DNA of 64,000 nt from Octopus sinensis (lineage: Eukaryota): assembly GCF_006345805.1 (NCBI RefSeq), contig NC_043004.1, positions 4,278,001 through 4,342,000 on the forward strand, given 5' to 3'. How positions within the stretch are numbered: the stretch's first letter is position 1; each line of letters opens with the position of its first letter. Positions 50,608 through 63,493 of this stretch are shown in pieces. The translations under genes and the position numbers were made by a program. A model generated the notes under the pieces. That model was not told where the DNA came from. It searched no databases and saw only the letters and a program-made list of their open reading frames with translations.

Positions 50608-52134
50608 TATTCTGTTTATACAACACAATTTTTGTCTAGCTGCTGTGGTTGGTTGTGCTCAAAACATGGCATACTATCACATCATCATCATCGTTTTACG
50701 TCCGCTTTCCATACTGGCATGGGTTGGACGGTTTGACTGAGGACTGGTGAGCCAGAAGCTGCACCAGGCTTAGTCTGATCTGGCAAAGTTTCTACAGCTT
50801 AATGCCCTTCCTAATGCCAACCACTCTGAGAGTGTAGTGGGTGCTTTTACATGCCATTAGCATGAGGGCCAGTCAGGCGGTACTGGCAACAACCACACTC
50901 AAAAGCTGTTTTTACGTGCTACCTGCACAGGAGCCAGTCCGGTGGCACTGGCGATGACCACATTGAAATGTTTTTCACGTGCCAGTAAAGTGATGCTGAC
51001 AACAATCATGCTCGAATGGTGCTTTTCACATGTCACTGGCACAGGAACCAAACCACGGTCCTGTCAACAGTCAGGTTCAGATATGTTTTTAACATTCCAC
51101 TCGCATGAGTGCCAATCAGGCGGTACTGTCAGTGATTTTGATTTGTTTACACTTGCCTCAGTAGGTCTTCGCAAGCAAAGTCCATTGTCCAATGAATGAG
51201 GAGTACTCATAAGTGGTCTGGTTACACCCTACATCAGGCAGTACTATCATCGACCAGCAATTTTGATTTGATTTCACTTGTCTCAATGTCGTCACAAGCA
51301 AGGTTTATTGTCCATGGTTATACAAAATATTAACAGAGTGTAGCAATATTACTCATTGGTTTGCCACATTTGAAATGCAGGCTAACATTACATGTTGGTT
51401 GCACAAAATCCTAGTAACAGGATGCAGGAATGTTACTCTTTGATTTTGCTGTGGTTTGTCATTATTGAAACGCTGTTCTTTGGCTACCTTTCGTGGAGTC
51501 CACTCTGCCAGCATTTAGACTGTTGATCTGGTCTGAAGTTCCTAAGTTGATTCTCTCACACACCTGCTTTTTTAATGTAGTGACCCATTCTACCACCAGT
51601 CTTGGAAGTATTTAATCAGGGCTGTGCCTACCTTGAATAAAATAGATTAAAAGCAACATTTTCCTCACATGGCAAAATATGCACCTAATTCAATAAAATT
51701 ATGATTGTTAGTCTGATTACTATGCATAAAATGCAAACTATTTTATTATTTTGTAGATTAGGTAGGCATAATTCACCCCTGCTTTTCAATCTCAGTATTT
51801 AAACTATACATAGTACTGCTGTGGTACACATACTGCATACACTTCTACAACACTATTTTCATTACATGCTATAAAGGCAGAGGTAGGTCTGCCTTCAACT
51901 TAGTCGTGAACCGTGTTTCACTCTTTTTTTTTTTTGTGTTTTACTACATGAAGGTCACCAACTGCCTACTCGGAGTAATTACTGATGGCACGTGCCTGTA
52001 TTTAATCCTCTATGCCGTGGAAATGGTAAATTTAGATCATAGTCCTTTAACATGTAAACCGTAAACTGGTCATAGCAAAAATTAGCAGTCATATTGAAAT
52101 ATCAAAGCTATGTGATCAACCATGATTAATTTAA

Positions 52135-52344
52135 CCCTTTAGTGTTCGCATTATTCTGCCAAAATTAATGCTTTTTTATCCACATTGTTTTGAACTAATC
52201 AGGCATTATCTTGTAGCTATGAGGTAGCTGTTAATTTTTAAAAGGACATTGTAGGGTCGGTGTGAGAGGCCAGATCTGGCCAGTTTGAACATAAAACAGG
52301 CTGAATACTTTTGGCCGGATATGACTGGTTTAAATGCTAAAGGG
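52135..52344. mobile_element. TTAA-flanked piggyBac-type MITE about 110 bp upstream of a POLE3 acceptor
   Basis: TTAA|CCCTTTAG...CTAAAGGG|TTAA. Confidence 0.8.
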
Positions 52345-52453
52345 TTAAAACAATCTAAATAGATAAACATATTTGATAGTAATCTCAATGCTGAAAGACT
52401 AACATTTGTTGGAGGTAATTTCATCTCTTTATTCCACTATATTCTTTTTTCAG

Positions 52454-52539
52454 ATACCTGATGGTGTAAATGTATCAAAAGAGGCTCGATTAGCCATTTC
52501 CAAAGCAGCCAGTGTTTTTGTTCTCTATGCTACATCTTG
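52454..52539 (+). CDS. POLE3: POLE3 coding exon 2 (86 nt): [28 protein letters not shown](C)
   Basis: TTTTTTCAG acceptor and GTAAGC donor. Histone-fold (H2B-like) helix 2. Confidence 0.97.
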
Positions 52540-52636
52540 GTAAGCATTGTATCAGATGTTTGTCTTATTTGTTATTTATTTTCCCATTTCCAGCCCACTG
52601 CCTTATGAACCTGAAACTCTTTCTTTACTGTTTCAG

Positions 52637-52755
52637 TTCCAATAATTTTGCATTAAGGTCAAAGAGGAAAACCATCAATGCTCAGGATGTGTTGTCAGCC
52701 ATGCAGGACATGGAGTTTGATCAGTTTTTAGACCCTTTGAAGTTATGTCTAGATT
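52637..52755 (+). CDS. POLE3: POLE3 coding exon 3 (119 nt): [39 protein letters not shown](S)
   Basis: TTTCAG acceptor and GTAAGT donor after a 97-nt intron. Histone-fold helix 3 and alpha-C. Confidence 0.97.
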
Positions 52756-55109
52756 GTAAGTAAAACATTGTTCTGTTTGTATTACTAGCAAGCTCACTTG
52801 CTATACTGCACTGGGGAAAACATCAAATTTTTTTTGCTTCTTTCAATAGGTTGCATAAAGACAACTAACAATAACTAATCGGTGAACTTTAAAAATCCTC
52901 TCAAACATATTATATGAAACTTTATTTTGCTTCATAGTTATTTTTAAAACTTGCAAATCTTATGTTATAAAAGACATGTGGAAAGGGAAGAGAAAAAATT
53001 GTTGTTGAGAAAGAAATACAGTGAGTGAGAGAGAGAGAGAGAATGTGTGTGTGAAAGATAGCTAGATAGTGTTGTCACCATAATAAGTTTTGATTAAAAT
53101 GCTGGAATTTTAAGTGCGAGTCTATCAACACAATGCAACACAGACTTTGAAAAATGACTTTCACTGTATAATAGTCCATTGGCTGTACTGCACAGATTTT
53201 AGAAAAAGTCTTTCTCTTTGGACAGTTTATGAAGGTACACACATGATTTTTACTGATACTGGTAGTGATGGATAATGACCTAGTTTAATCATAAAATATA
53301 TATTCATACAACTGACCACCCCTCTCTAAAACTACTGGCTTTATGCCAAAATTTGAAACCATTATTATTACTATCATCTTAATACAATTTATTGTGATAT
53401 TATCGAGTCTGTAAGAGGGACACCTGCTCCAACACATCATGAATGTGCATGTAGGTAGGTAGATATAAATTGTATTATGTAATAGAGATTTATACAGGGT
53501 CAAGTGGTCACCAACTGATTAGGGTTCACTAAAATCCATGTAGTGTAATGGACAGAGACATCAACAGGACTTTTCATTTAGTATGTTAGGATATATTAAA
53601 AAGGAATTCCATTCAGTATATGTTTACTAAACTTCACTTACAAGGCATTGGTCAGCCTAAGATGGAGGATCTTTTGTCTTGTGAATTACTTGGTGACCTC
53701 ACTGGTGTTGGTGCCACATAGAAGGCTTATGTATGGCACCTTGCATATCTTGTTCTGTAACCCCAGATTGACCAATCACTAGTGAATGAAATTTGGTTGG
53801 CAAAACCTGCATGGAACCCCATGTGTGATTTGTGTGTTTTCACACTTCTCCACTTTAATTCCATTTTGCAGCAATAATGTTTGTAACTCTCATGAATTAA
53901 ATAAAACCTTTAACAACAGCCTGACATGCAAGTATGTGATGTGAAATATCTTACTTGAAAACAAGTTGGCATCAAGAGAGACATCTGATTGTAGAATTCT
54001 GCTTCAAGAAGTCTTGTCTAACTTGTAACCAGTATGGAAAAAGTGGACATAGGCATAAAACTGAAGATGATGAACTTTATCTTTCGAGATGTAAAAATTT
54101 ATCTTCTGGTGTTTACATTTACACTGTATTTTAATCTGTTTGAACTTTGGTCATGTACGTGTATCCAAGCTAGTCTCAAACCTGGAGCCTTTTTTGTAAT
54201 AACATCTGTTGTACTTTCCAATTCAGGTAGCCATGTAATTTCCTCTATTGCAAGAGACATTTCTAACCTTTATCATTGGCATCTAATGTTCATTTTCCAT
54301 GCTGCCATGGGTTGGACAGTTTGAGAGGAGTTGACTAGCTGAAGTGCTGTTCAGGCTCCATGTCTGTTTTGACATGGTTTCTATGGTTGAATGCCCTTCC
54401 TATTATGCTTTAATCAGTCATCAGTTGGCACAAAGCCAGCTCCCTCAATACTACTTGCCCATACACTCAGATGGCGGATCTTTTGTCTTGTGAGTTACTT
54501 GGTGACCTCACTGGTGTTGGTGCCACATAGCTAAGTAACAACACCAAAGCAGGTGGTGGAGCGTGGCACAATTCTCTAGCTCTCTACCTCCTCTTGAACT
54601 GTCCAACCCTTGCCAGCATGGAAAACGGATGTTAAATAGTGATGATGTTCTAATAACACGTGCATCCACCCAAGGACATGCATTTTGATGGAGAGTAACA
54701 TCAATTACATAATGATCCTTGTAATTGAAAATTTTTGCCAACCATGGAAAGTTGCACAATAAAGTTAACTGTGGCAAGATGCAATCTCAGGACATAAAAG
54801 TGATGTGACTAAATACCACAAGGTATTTATCTCATACTCTGCTGATTGCCAAATATTGATGAAAATTAACTGCTTTAGCAAAGAGGAGTAACCACTTGGT
54901 TTTAACAACAGCATACAATTTGATGTAATTATTATTTTGAAAGTACATGTTTAATTTAGTCGTATATAGGTGCAGGCTTGGCTGTGTGGTTCAGGTTCAT
55001 TCCCTCTGTGCAACACCTTGGGCAAGTTTCTTCTATTATTGCCCCTGGCCAACCATTGTTTTGCAAGTGAATTTGAATTTAGTTGACAGAAACTATGCAG
55101 AAGCCCATC

Positions 55110-55880
55110 ATTCTTCATCATACGTCCGCTTTCCATGTTGGCATGGGTTGGACGTTTTGATTGAGGGCTGGTGAGCCAGAAGGCTGCACCAGTCTCCAAT
55201 CTGATCTGGCAAAGTTTCTATAGCTGGATGCCCTTCCTAACCCCAACCACTCCGAGGGTGTAGTGGGTGCTTTTACGTGCCACTAGCACGAGGGGCAGCC
55301 AAGTAGTACTGGCATCAACCACGCTCAAATGGTGCCTTTTATGTGCCACCTGCGCAGGAGCCCTGGTAACAATCACACTTGAATGGTGCTTTTAATGTTC
55401 AACTGGCACAGGTGACAATCAGGCGGTATTGTCATTGGCCCCAACAGTGATTTCACTTGCCTCAACGAGTCTTTGCAAGCATAGTTTATTGTCCAATGAT
55501 TGAAGAGTACTCTTAAATGAGCAGGTTATACAGCATTGGCATAGGCCATGGTTATAGTCTCACATGGATTGCTGGGTCTTCTCAAGCACAGCATATCTCC
55601 AAAGGTCTCGGTCACTTGTCATTGCCTTGGTGAGGCCCAATGTTTGATGGTCGTGCTTCACCACCTCATCCCAGGTCTTCCTGGGTCTACCTCTTCCACA
55701 GGTTCCCTCAGCTGCTAGGGTGTGACATTTTTTCACACAGCTGTCTTCATCCATTCGCAACACATGACCATACCAGCGCAGTTGTCTCTCTTACACACCA
55801 CATCTGACGCTTCTTAAGTCCAACTTTTCTCTCAGGGCACTTACACTCTGTCGTATATGCACACTGACATTACACATCAT
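55110..55880 (-). mobile_element. RTE-clade LINE 3' fragment
   Basis: The minus strand encodes LRWYGHVLRMDEDSCVKKCHTLAAEGTCGRGRPRKTWDEVVKHD...DRDLWRYAVLEKT, typical of the RTE ORF C-terminus, followed by the family 3' UTR. Confidence 0.85.
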
Positions 55881-58036
55881 AATGGAAGAAGTTTAGGCTC
55901 ATGTTTTTTCATAAATGCAGCCAAGTCTGTGATGTCATAATTTGTCTCTCGACGTTAAATCACTAATTAGATGGTTTGTTTTTGGCAGTTCAGGACCAGA
56001 CTCTTCCAAATAAAACCTTATTTAAATTTAAAACCAAATGATAAAACAATTTAATTTATTAAAAGATTTCATCTACACTTTTCCTCACTGACCTTCTCTT
56101 CTGATTTCTGTATTATTTTGCCTGTGTAACTCTTGTTGGTAGTATCTAGTAAATCTGTACCATCAACCACCCTTCTGTTCACACTCTCTTCTACTCACCT
56201 CAAACATGTTATCTTGAGTACATGTACACATCATAAAATGTGGCAAGGACCTTGCCTTACTTGTTATAAGACAAACTCACAAGTGCTGTTGCTGCGATAA
56301 AATGCACTCAATATGCTATGTAAAGTTCTTGCTGATTGAGCAGAGTAAATGACCTTTTAGCACCTTTTAGTTTTTATCAAAAGCATGGCACCCTTTCTGG
56401 TGCTGGTGCCACAATAATTCAGAAGAAGGGCATCCATCCAGCTGTAGAAACCAAGCCAAAAGTATTACAGGTCATTTGTGGATCCATCTAGGAAAGCAGT
56501 AACTCTGAATAAATACTGACTTGGACCCTAGCGAACTGTCTAACCCATGCTAGCATGGAAAATTGACCTAAAGTGATGGTGATTATCCTTCTACATTATT
56601 CTCAGGCTCAGCAGACCTGGAATTTGAGGTATGATTACTAAAATCTTGTTGCACCTTAATCATGTGATAACTCATGCAAGGAAAATACCTGCTGCTTGCT
56701 GATCACAAAATGAGATTGTACACCTCCTTATAAAACTGCATTTTATTGGTTTATATATTTAGTTGCCAAGCAAATTTCTTATATTATTAAGAATTGTGTT
56801 ACAATTTGTTAATGATAATGAGTATATTATGTTATTTACATAAAGTAGCAAGCTGGCAGAATTGTTAGCACATCAGGCAAAATGCTTAGCAATATTTCAT
56901 CTGTTGCTACGTTCTGGATTGAAATTCTGCCATGGTCAACTTTGCCTTTCATCCTTTCGGGGTCAATAAATGAAGTACCAGTTACATACTAGAGTCGATG
57001 TAATCAACTGCTCCTCCTCCCCCAAAATTTCGAGCCTTGTGCCTTGAGTAGAAAAGAATAAATTGTGTATCAATGTGATTGATTTATCCCTTTCCACCAA
57101 TTTTCAGGCCTTGTGTCTATAGTAGAAAGGGTTATGTCATTTACATGATCTCTCCCACACACACACTTCTGGAAATGTTGTATTATGTGACTTAACAATG
57201 TTCAGTTCTGAAGACAAATTTGAATGTTTTCCTTTCAGGATAGTGAAAATTCTGAGAGAAAATATTTATTTGACTACAGACAAGACAGACAGAGCTATTT
57301 TTGATGCTTGTAGTAGTAAAATTCAAGAGAGAAGCATTTGTGTAAATGAACGGACCATAAATATCACCGAGTTTTCAAGACAACAAAAAAATTAGATGAC
57401 AGAAAAAGACTTCTTAAATATACTTTGCCCTTTTGTGTGTCACTTGACGAAAATATGCATTTGGCCAAGTAATAAGGAATAGGGAACTTGTAAAAATTAT
57501 CCAGAACAGTATAAGCAATATGAGGTACCTTTCCCACCTTCATTAAGATTTTTTTATTTTGTTATTTATTTATATATACTGGTGGTTCTTTTTTCCAAGT
57601 AAACATTTTTACAGCAGTTATTTTGTATTTTATTGCTGAAATTTTATAGTAATTGTTAGCATTGAGAAATGATTATCTACAAGTTTTGTAAATTTGCAGA
57701 TGTTTTAAAAATCTGAAATGGTATATTCTGTTATAAGGGCCTAAGAGATTGGCCGAGGTGAAAATAAGTCCTAAATCTTAAAGGGTTAAATATGTGAGTT
57801 TGATAAATTTATTATCAACAAATCTGTCTTTGTGATTGGTAGTTTAACTAAATTGAAACAAGTAACTTAAAACACCTCTTGCTCCTTCATGCTGAGCCTT
57901 GGATCACCACCATTCACACGTCCAATTTCCCATGCTTGCATGGGTTAGATGGAGAGACCAGTTATCAAAAATATGTTGATGAATATGAAAAATAATTTAT
58001 GCCTCAGTTGAATTATTGGATTGCTTGTATTTGCAG

Positions 58037-58221
58037 CATTCCGCAGAGAACAACAAGGAAAGAAGGAAGCCTCTGAGAAGAGGAGGAAAGCTAAAGAGGA
58101 GACTATTGTGATAGATGATGAAGAGGAAGGTGATGAGAATGAGGATGAAGAAGAAGATGGAAGTATGGAGGAAGAAGAACTGGACTCTAAAGATGAAGAC
58201 TATATTGAAACAGATGATGAG
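58037..58221 (+). CDS. POLE3: POLE3 coding exon 4: FRREQQGKKEASEKRRKAKEETIVIDDEEEG...YIETDDE (acidic tail). It ends either at the donor after 58221 or by read-through to TGA at 58243-58245.
   Basis: TTGCAG acceptor, phase-compatible with exon 3. The RREQxGKKEASE motif and acidic tail match POLE3. Strong GAG|GTAAGA at 58222. Confidence 0.92.
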
Positions 58222-58439
58222 GTAAGATTTATTGTTGGAAAATGACCTTGATTTAGGATTGGATTAGGTATTTGATCTGATGGATATCTATGCCAAGAAT
58301 CTTTTGCCGCATGTAGGGCATGCATGGAAAGATGCAGCGCTTGAGATAATTGTAGTTCTAGTTTTGCAAGGTGAACAATACTTCTCAAAAGTAGTTTTAG
58401 TACCAGAGTGATCCATGCTGCATTAGTTGCTGGTTTTGA

Positions 58440-58945
58440 ACAAAAAACAACTGTAAGTTGTCAGTGACAGTGTTGAGGTCTTTCAGAGATTCTTTTAGGC
58501 AGGCCTTGGATGTTTTCCTTTACCCCACCAACTGTGTGCTTTCCTTGATAGTTCATCATAAAGGAGCTGCTTTTGGGATGTTACAGTCTGGCATGTGACT
58601 GACCTACCCAGCTCATCTCACCTGGGAATTCTGCCAAAATGTGTACAAGCTTGGGAGATCAGCTCATTGAGATGCTTGTGTTGTGGATCCTCTCTTGCCA
58701 ACAGATTTACCAGATGCTGTGAAGCCAGTTTGTGTAGAAAAGGCTCAGATGTTTTACGTGTTTCCTACAGACTATCCAGGGCTCAAAAACATATAAGAGG
58801 GTTAAGAGATCTTCAGCATGGTGGCGAGTTGATTCCTCTGTCCTTCCATACATTTTTTTTTTTTGCCTCCTGCAGAAGTCAGTCCTGGATTTGGGAGATC
58901 TTACTGTTGACCTCTTCATTGATGTTTACCCAGAGAATTCATAAT
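58440..58945 (-). mobile_element. Older degenerate RTE-like LINE RT fragment
   Basis: The minus strand encodes TLLYVFEPWIVCRKHVKHLSLFYTNWLHSIW, resembling the RTE TLLYGCETWTVY..H..L..FH..CLR.I motif. Confidence 0.6.
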
Positions 58946-60516
58946 TGAATTAGCTGAGGTGGTTAGATTTTTCTCTCTCTCACTTGCAAACTACAATGAC
59001 TCATAAATAGTTGTATAAACCAAAATGCATGGTAATAGTACCACTGCTTTCTTCAGGACTAAGCACAATACTATCGATATTTGTATTAATAAGCTTTTGA
59101 ACCCAAGTGGATCATTGACTTGGCGGCCTGTTCCTGTTTGTTGACTTGATCAAGACTTAGACTCTTTTTAAAAAAATAACTCAAACAATTAAAAATAAAA
59201 TAACTGGTAAACTTTTATTATTATTGATAATAGAATTTATTTTCTGAACATTTTAAAGAAGTCAATTACAAAGTTTTTCCTAAGATTATTCTCTTGAATG
59301 ATTCTTAATATCTGTAGAAATGAAAGACGTCAGGTGGAAAGCCATTTCTGTTAACTGCTACCTGAGAAGAAAACTGACTAAGACAATGTATAGATGTAAC
59401 GAACCTCCTTTGGAATACATTTTTCCTCAAGTAAATGTTCTTTTTTTTCATAGGAGGCTCTTGGTTGAAAAAACTGCTGATGCTGTGGGAACCATGTTTT
59501 TACTACAGAAGAGCCTGTTCTGACTGTAAATTAGCTGAAGGAGTATTGAGGAGAGAAGCTGAGAACTGTGACCGCCTTTAACGAGAACAGTTATTGTATG
59601 TGTACATATATTATATATAAGTAGAAGCCATTTGATGGACTTGCTCGCCCTGTTGGTTGCCAAGATTGGCAGAGAGACCTGATCATTCAAAAGATGCTAG
59701 TGCACTCACTAGCATGCATCATTTTCATAAGGAACAACTTTTTGAATAAATGAATTAATAAATTAATCATTTTTTTTATTTAGTTTGAGTTATTTAATTA
59801 CATTTCAACTAACTGTTTGATATATTTGCTGCATTTATTAGAAAAATTTTCTGGAAAGTTGTATTTCAAAATGAATTATCACAGATTATTTGATTTCTCA
59901 ATATTGTTGTTTTTGAAAGTTATCAAAGCAAGTTCGTAGAAGATATATGTGAAATACAATGTAGTGGATAAAAATGTAAACAAACAGCTGGAAAAAAGGC
60001 ACATAACACATGCAAAAAAATAAACACCAGTGTACCAATGTTGCATTCTTTCCAATTGTCATACTGCAGCTATTTCAAGTTCTGGCAGCTATTTATAACA
60101 ATTGGTTTAATAATGTGACCAAAGTCATATTTAAACATGGAAGGAAATTCCAGCCAGGTTCAAACTTTTGGTAGAACGAGTATTTTTCAGATTTTGTATT
60201 TGAAATTCTAATATTTAATTTAATTTTTAAAAAAAGTTCCCATTAACTGAATAAGATATAAATACACATAATATATTTTTATATATATAATGGAATTATG
60301 GCAAAAGTAATTTGGAAGAAATGTCAAAACATGACAGTTACTAGGATTATGAAGAATATAAGATGGCTAGCAGCAATAACTTTTCAGTAAAGCAGAAGCG
60401 AGTGCAATATCAAGAAAGGTTATATTCCCAATTTAGCCATATTTGTACAGTAGCTGAAATGGGGCTGGATATGATATAATGTTTTGGATGATGATTAACA
60501 AGAAAATTGGCAGTGA

Positions 60517-60642
60517 TCAGCTCTGTTGCTGTACTTGGATTTTCTGTAAAATGTGTGATCGGCAGAGAGGACAGACCTCTAGATCAACGGCACATTCGGT
60601 ACAACAACAAACATGGCCGCAGTTGAGGAAAATGATGTTAGT
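60517..60642 (-). CDS. LRSAM1: LRSAM1-like E3 ligase terminal exon: TNIIFLNCGHVCCCTECAVDLEVCPLCRSHILQKIQVQQQS*
   Basis: Long pyrimidine tract with TTCAG acceptor. IFLNCGHVCCC..C......CPLCR matches the LRSAM1 C3HC4 RING as recalled. Confidence 0.85.
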   Translation of the reverse strand, partial: TNIIFLNCGHVCCCTECAVDLEVCPLCRSHILQKIQVQQQS

Positions 60643-63343
60643 CTGAAAAAGAAAAAAAAAAATATTTTACTCTAAATCACCAACATATATGTAAAAGAAA
60701 AAAAGACAGTGATAAAGCAACTTATGAGAAATTTGGAGAAAATTATTCATTATTTTAGCTTTATCAAGCATAAATTTTTAATTTTTTTTTTTTTGTGAAT
60801 TCTCATGACTGTCGCCATCCAATTCTATTACTATGAATTTGAGTTATAGTGAATCTTTCATGAGCTGATTACACACAATCACGGATGCCACCCTTATGGA
60901 TGCATTGCAGATACTCTTGACATGGCTTTGTGATCTAAGATTCCTTTACTCAGCATCAATGTAAGAAGCACCATTGGCTCAGCTGAGCTCTTCCACTACC
61001 TCTTCACAATCTGCCATGCTGCACTCCCATGACTATGCCATTTCCCTGGCAGGGTGGATGTATGAGTGCTGTGCCTTGCTAGAGGTCTGTCACCCGCAAA
61101 CCCAGTCAGGCAGTGTACACTTTCCATGTTGGCATGGGTTGGATGGTTTGACTGAGGACTGGCAAGCTAGAAGGCTGTACAAGGCTCCAATCTGATCTGG
61201 CAAGGTTTCTACAACTGAATGTCTTTCCTAACGCCAACCACTCCGAGAGTGTAGTGGGTGCTTTTTACATGCCACAAAACTTTTTAAATTGTTTAACAGG
61301 CTGCCATGATTCAAGAAGCTTGCGATCGGGGCAAGCAAATATCCAAGTGATCTTTGTCAGCAACCAAAGTTTTAAGGGTTTGATATGATTTATAACTTCT
61401 GCATTCTGACAGCTTTTGCCTTTACAGTCAAGACTGCTACATCAATGTGTTCTGTAATGCATAAGTCTAACAAGATATTTGTTAGTGACTTCAACACAGT
61501 CAATGAGAGTGCATTCAGTAAACTCTAAAGCATTTATTGACATACAGGCACAGTAGTGGTTAAGAAGTGCAGTTCCCAACCACATGGTTCCAGGTTCAGT
61601 TCCACTGTGGGGCACATTGGGCAAGTGTCTTCTACAATAGCCTCTGGCTGACCAAGGCTTTAAGAGTGAATTAGGCAGACAGAAACTGAAAGAAGTTTGT
61701 TTCCCACTGCTACTTAACAACTGTTGTTTTGCTTATGTCCCTCTAACTTAACAGTTGGGCCATAGATACAAATGGAATATGTACTAGACTTTAAAAAAAG
61801 TACTGGAGTTGATTTGTTTAATTAAACACCTTCAAGACAGTACTACAGCATGGACACAGTCCAATACTTAAAACGAGTATAGGAATTTCCAACAAAGCAA
61901 TTCATCAACCTACATATTCTGTCAGGATCAGAAGTTTGTTTTCACCTACCAAAGTTATATTTACTGTGTCCACCTTAATCATCTAGCTTACTCTAACACA
62001 ATTAGCTACCCGTCCACCTTGTCTGTTCCTCTATCCTTATTCTCTCTCTCTCATGCACTTTGTACCTTGAGGGTTTGCTCTCACCATCTCTCTTTCCAGC
62101 ACAAGAAGCCATAAGACACCTGTTCCTGTCCCTCTATCATACTGTCACATTCTTCAATGTCAAACTCCATTCAGTTTAGGGGTCTAATATTTTTTTTATT
62201 TGCCCATTTTGGCTTCCCCACTTCTTTGTGTGTTGCAGAAGCATGAATGGTTTTGATTCCATTCACTATTATCCTGGATATCTCAAGTATAAAAATTAGA
62301 AATAGAATAAAGAAATTCCTGCATAAGGAACAGTTGTTAGATGTAGATTCCTTTGAAAATGTTTAGACTCTGAAGGGAATTATGATCAAAGACGCTCTAT
62401 TTATAATCATATGAAGTATTTTTCTGAGTCTATCTAGGATTAGATTATCTAATATATGTCTTTCCTTGAAATAACTGGATATGATTGGAATGAAATTTGT
62501 CTGGTACAGAGGATCCTTTCATTGACTGAGAGTAATTACATGCACTGGTGTCAACTGACAATAACCTTACTCCCTCTTCACATGCTTGAGGAATCAATCC
62601 CTGAACCATGTTTCTGCTATAGTGGGAATAGGTTAGCATCATTGCTGCTAGATTCTTGGTAAGGCAGTAATGGAGAAATGTGTAGAAAAAAAAGATGCAG
62701 CTAATTCTGTCCTTAGTTTGCCTGCAATCGTTATTCTTGAGCTGTATATGCAACTATTTTTATGCTAAGGAGCCCAGGTTGAAGGTAACATTAGATACAA
62801 GGGCTCAGGTTTGAGATGGTTATTTAAAAAGTTGGAAATCATCCTAATGCATTTGATATTGGCCCATCTGAGAGTACCTCTGCTCTCAGATACATACTTG
62901 TTTTAAAATGATTTAAATTAAAACCTTCAATCGAAATGCTATTTTAACCCTGTCATGCCATGTTACCACTAAGGCATGAATAGGGTAAATGTCATCACTG
63001 CTGGATTCCTGGTAAAGCGGTAATGCAGAGACATGGGCTCAAATCTGAGGGTTAAATTTAAAAGGTAGTTGGAAGAGAGGAAATAATATTTTTACACTAT
63101 AAAGTGGTTGGCATTAGGAGAGGCAGCCAGCTGTAGAAGCTATGCCAAAGCAGACACTGGAGTGCAATGCAGTCCTTGGACCCATAGGATCCTGTGAAAC
63201 CTATGCCAACATTAAATTATGATGATGTTGCTTCAAACAGAAGATTCACAAAGATTTTTTTTTTTTTGTTTTTAAACCTCAATTGAAAATTTTGTGAAAC
63301 ATTCTCTCTGAGTATCAACACTTGAACTAAACCAGAGACTTAC

Positions 63344-63493
63344 TGTTCGGTCAAGACATATAGAACATTCTGAATAGAGTCCACGAGCTGTAACAATTGG
63401 TTGGGTACTAGATGTCGGGTTCTCTACAGATGATGATGGCTCGATAGCAGGAGCACTGGGCAGAGGTCGTACTGCTTCACCCGTGCAAACGTC
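63344..63493 (-). CDS. LRSAM1: LRSAM1-like penultimate exon (150 nt): DVCTGEAVRPLPSAPAIEPSSSVENPTSSTQPIVTARGLYSECSICLDRT
   Basis: TTTTCAG acceptor and GTAAGT donor, phase 0 at both ends. A PSAP motif followed by SECxxCL, as in LRSAM1. Upstream exons lie beyond the window. Confidence 0.82.

Noticed and set aside
49419-51199. ORFs such as MFQSFDCGHAGAPPLVEQ... and ...PKMPRSGTEPGTMWLVSKLLTTQPLLR
   Set aside because: These are recurring translations of the dominant SINE and the RTE 3' UTR, seen at many unrelated positions.
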